Assembly (NCBI GenBank): GCA_976551045.1
Contig: CDPCPM010000060.1
Coordinates: forward strand, 3,348,001-3,412,000
Reading direction: 5' to 3'
DNA length: 64,000 nt
Origin: Glaucostegus cemiculus
Taxonomy: Eukaryota
Below the pieces are notes generated by a model. The model saw only the letters and a program-made list of their open reading frames with translations. It had not been told where the DNA came from and did not search any database. Of this stretch, positions 62,529-64,000 are shown in pieces (within the stretch, counting starts at the first letter, position 1; every line of letters begins with the position of its first letter). A program made the translations under genes and the position numbers.

Positions 62529-63711
62529 ACTTAGGGAGGGCCGAAGGGCCTGTATTGTGCTGTATTGTTCTAAGACTTTGTTTACTTCAGTTCATCAAGC
62601 TAAAGTTTCTTCATGTATCTCACAAATCTATCCACTAATTACTACCTGGAACAATCCCACTCTTAGTCTTTATTCATCTACTGTAATCAAAAATTCACCA
62701 ATTCTTCTGATTTTAAATGTGATTCCCACTTCGGCTCTATTAAAAACTTACCTCTGAGAAACTTGATTTCACCTGTCATGTAAAATTTTTTTATGCACTG
62801 AATAATTTCACCTACAAATCCCAAGTCAATTGAAATCTGTAGGTTTTTCAATACATTTTTTTAGATTTTGGATCAGATGCAAGAAAAGCTTTGGCTGTTT
62901 GGTAGCAAGTTTTCTTTCATCTCTGGCCAACAGCCTTTCTCTGTTTTATTCTCTCCATCATAGACTCCCTAATTTTCCATTAATTATTCAAAACTTATGT
63001 AATATTTCTTTGCACTTTTGTTCTCCTTAAAGATTGGAAATATTGTTCTACCTAATGCTTCTGTAGCGTTATAACTCATCTACATATCCCATAGTACTAA
63101 ACAAAAATTCCAGAAAACTACTCAAATTGATACTTTCTCAGCACATTTGAGTTGAGTGGCTCCTTAGCCTTTACATTCATTGGGTCTTTTACATCAAAGC
63201 TGGCTAATATCTAATTAGTATTTTATGATTTGCTTCATCTCATTCACTTTTTCCAAACTCACTTCTCCCTAAAATATTGGACTTGACTTTGCATTGTTTG
63301 AAATTGATTTAGTTTATTTTCAGATAACTTTAATTGATGATACACACTGATTCCACCACCTTGTTGGAGCAATGTTGGAGTGAAATCACTCACAATATCA
63401 TTCTCAAACTATCGTAATATTGTAGGATAATTTCCCTGACTTTTGGTAGACCTTTGTGTTCTGTATTCAAATAAGTAGACTATGGATGACAGGTTTGAAA
63501 TCTCCTCGGGGATTTTGTCTCTTCTGCTACCTATGCCCTGATTTTCCTGATGGTGTATGAGAAGTTAATGGAGATCGACCCAGGAATTTTTTTGCACTTG
63601 TGGCTTGATGTTACACAGTAAGTTATTTGAAGAAGTCCCAAGTTTTATGTATCAACCCCCAGCTTCTCTTACTCACTGAATTTTATATTCGGAGGCCAGT
63701 TACTGATTTGT

Positions 63712-64000
63712 GGGTAATAGCAGTTAGCGTAACGCTATTACAGTGCCAGTGACCCGGGTTCAATTCTGGCCACTGTCTGTAAGGAGTTTGTATGTTCTCC
63801 CCATGTCTGCATGGATTTCCTCTGGGTGCTCCAGTTTCCTCCCACATTCCAAAAAAAGACATACAGGTTAGGAAGTTGTGGGCATGCTATGTTGGCGCCG
63901 GAAGCTTGGTGACACTTGCGGACTGCTCCCAGAACACTGTACGCAAAAGATGCATTTCACTGTGTGTTTCAATGTACATGTGACTAGTAAAGATATCTCA
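63712..64000 (+). mobile_element. V-SINE (HE1-related) with a non-CR1 tail
   Basis: B box GGTTCAATTC, V-domain GTTCTCCCCATGTCTGCATGGATTTCCTCTGGGTGCTCCAGTTTCCTCCCACA, tail CACTGTGTGTTTCAATGTACATGTGACTAGTAAAG. Confidence 0.9.

Noticed and set aside
1-64000. Most ORFs in the supplied track as genes; any operon, CRISPR array or defence system
   Set aside because: The ORFs are short, many start at non-ATG codons, and only retroelement-derived ones show recognisable motifs. No regularly spaced repeat-spacer array is present, and the DNA is vertebrate-like.

Overview
This is AT-rich eukaryotic non-coding DNA, not prokaryotic sequence. The repeat content points to a cartilaginous fish, probably a ray or shark; that is an inference from repeat families recognised by eye (V-SINE/HE1-type SINEs, Deu-domain SINEs, CR1, L2 and Rex1/Babar LINE fragments, Penelope-like terminal repeats, a Gypsy LTR remnant). 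I recognise no host protein-coding exon. The only ORFs with recognisable protein content are retroelement relics. The first ~5 kb looks CpG-richer, lacks recognisable retroelements and has GC and CCAAT boxes, so the window is probably a promoter followed by a long first intron or intergenic tract with several enhancer-like blocks. The best second-look items are: a perfect 27-bp inverted repeat bracketing part of the promoter-like region; a Penelope-derived minimal hammerhead ribozyme core inside a fold-back insertion; a Gypsy remnant with Gmr1-like domain order; two independent Rex1 insertions in one CR1; and an unexplained perfect 27-bp direct repeat. I see no convincing evidence for a new multi-gene system. 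Boundaries of old repeats are approximate.
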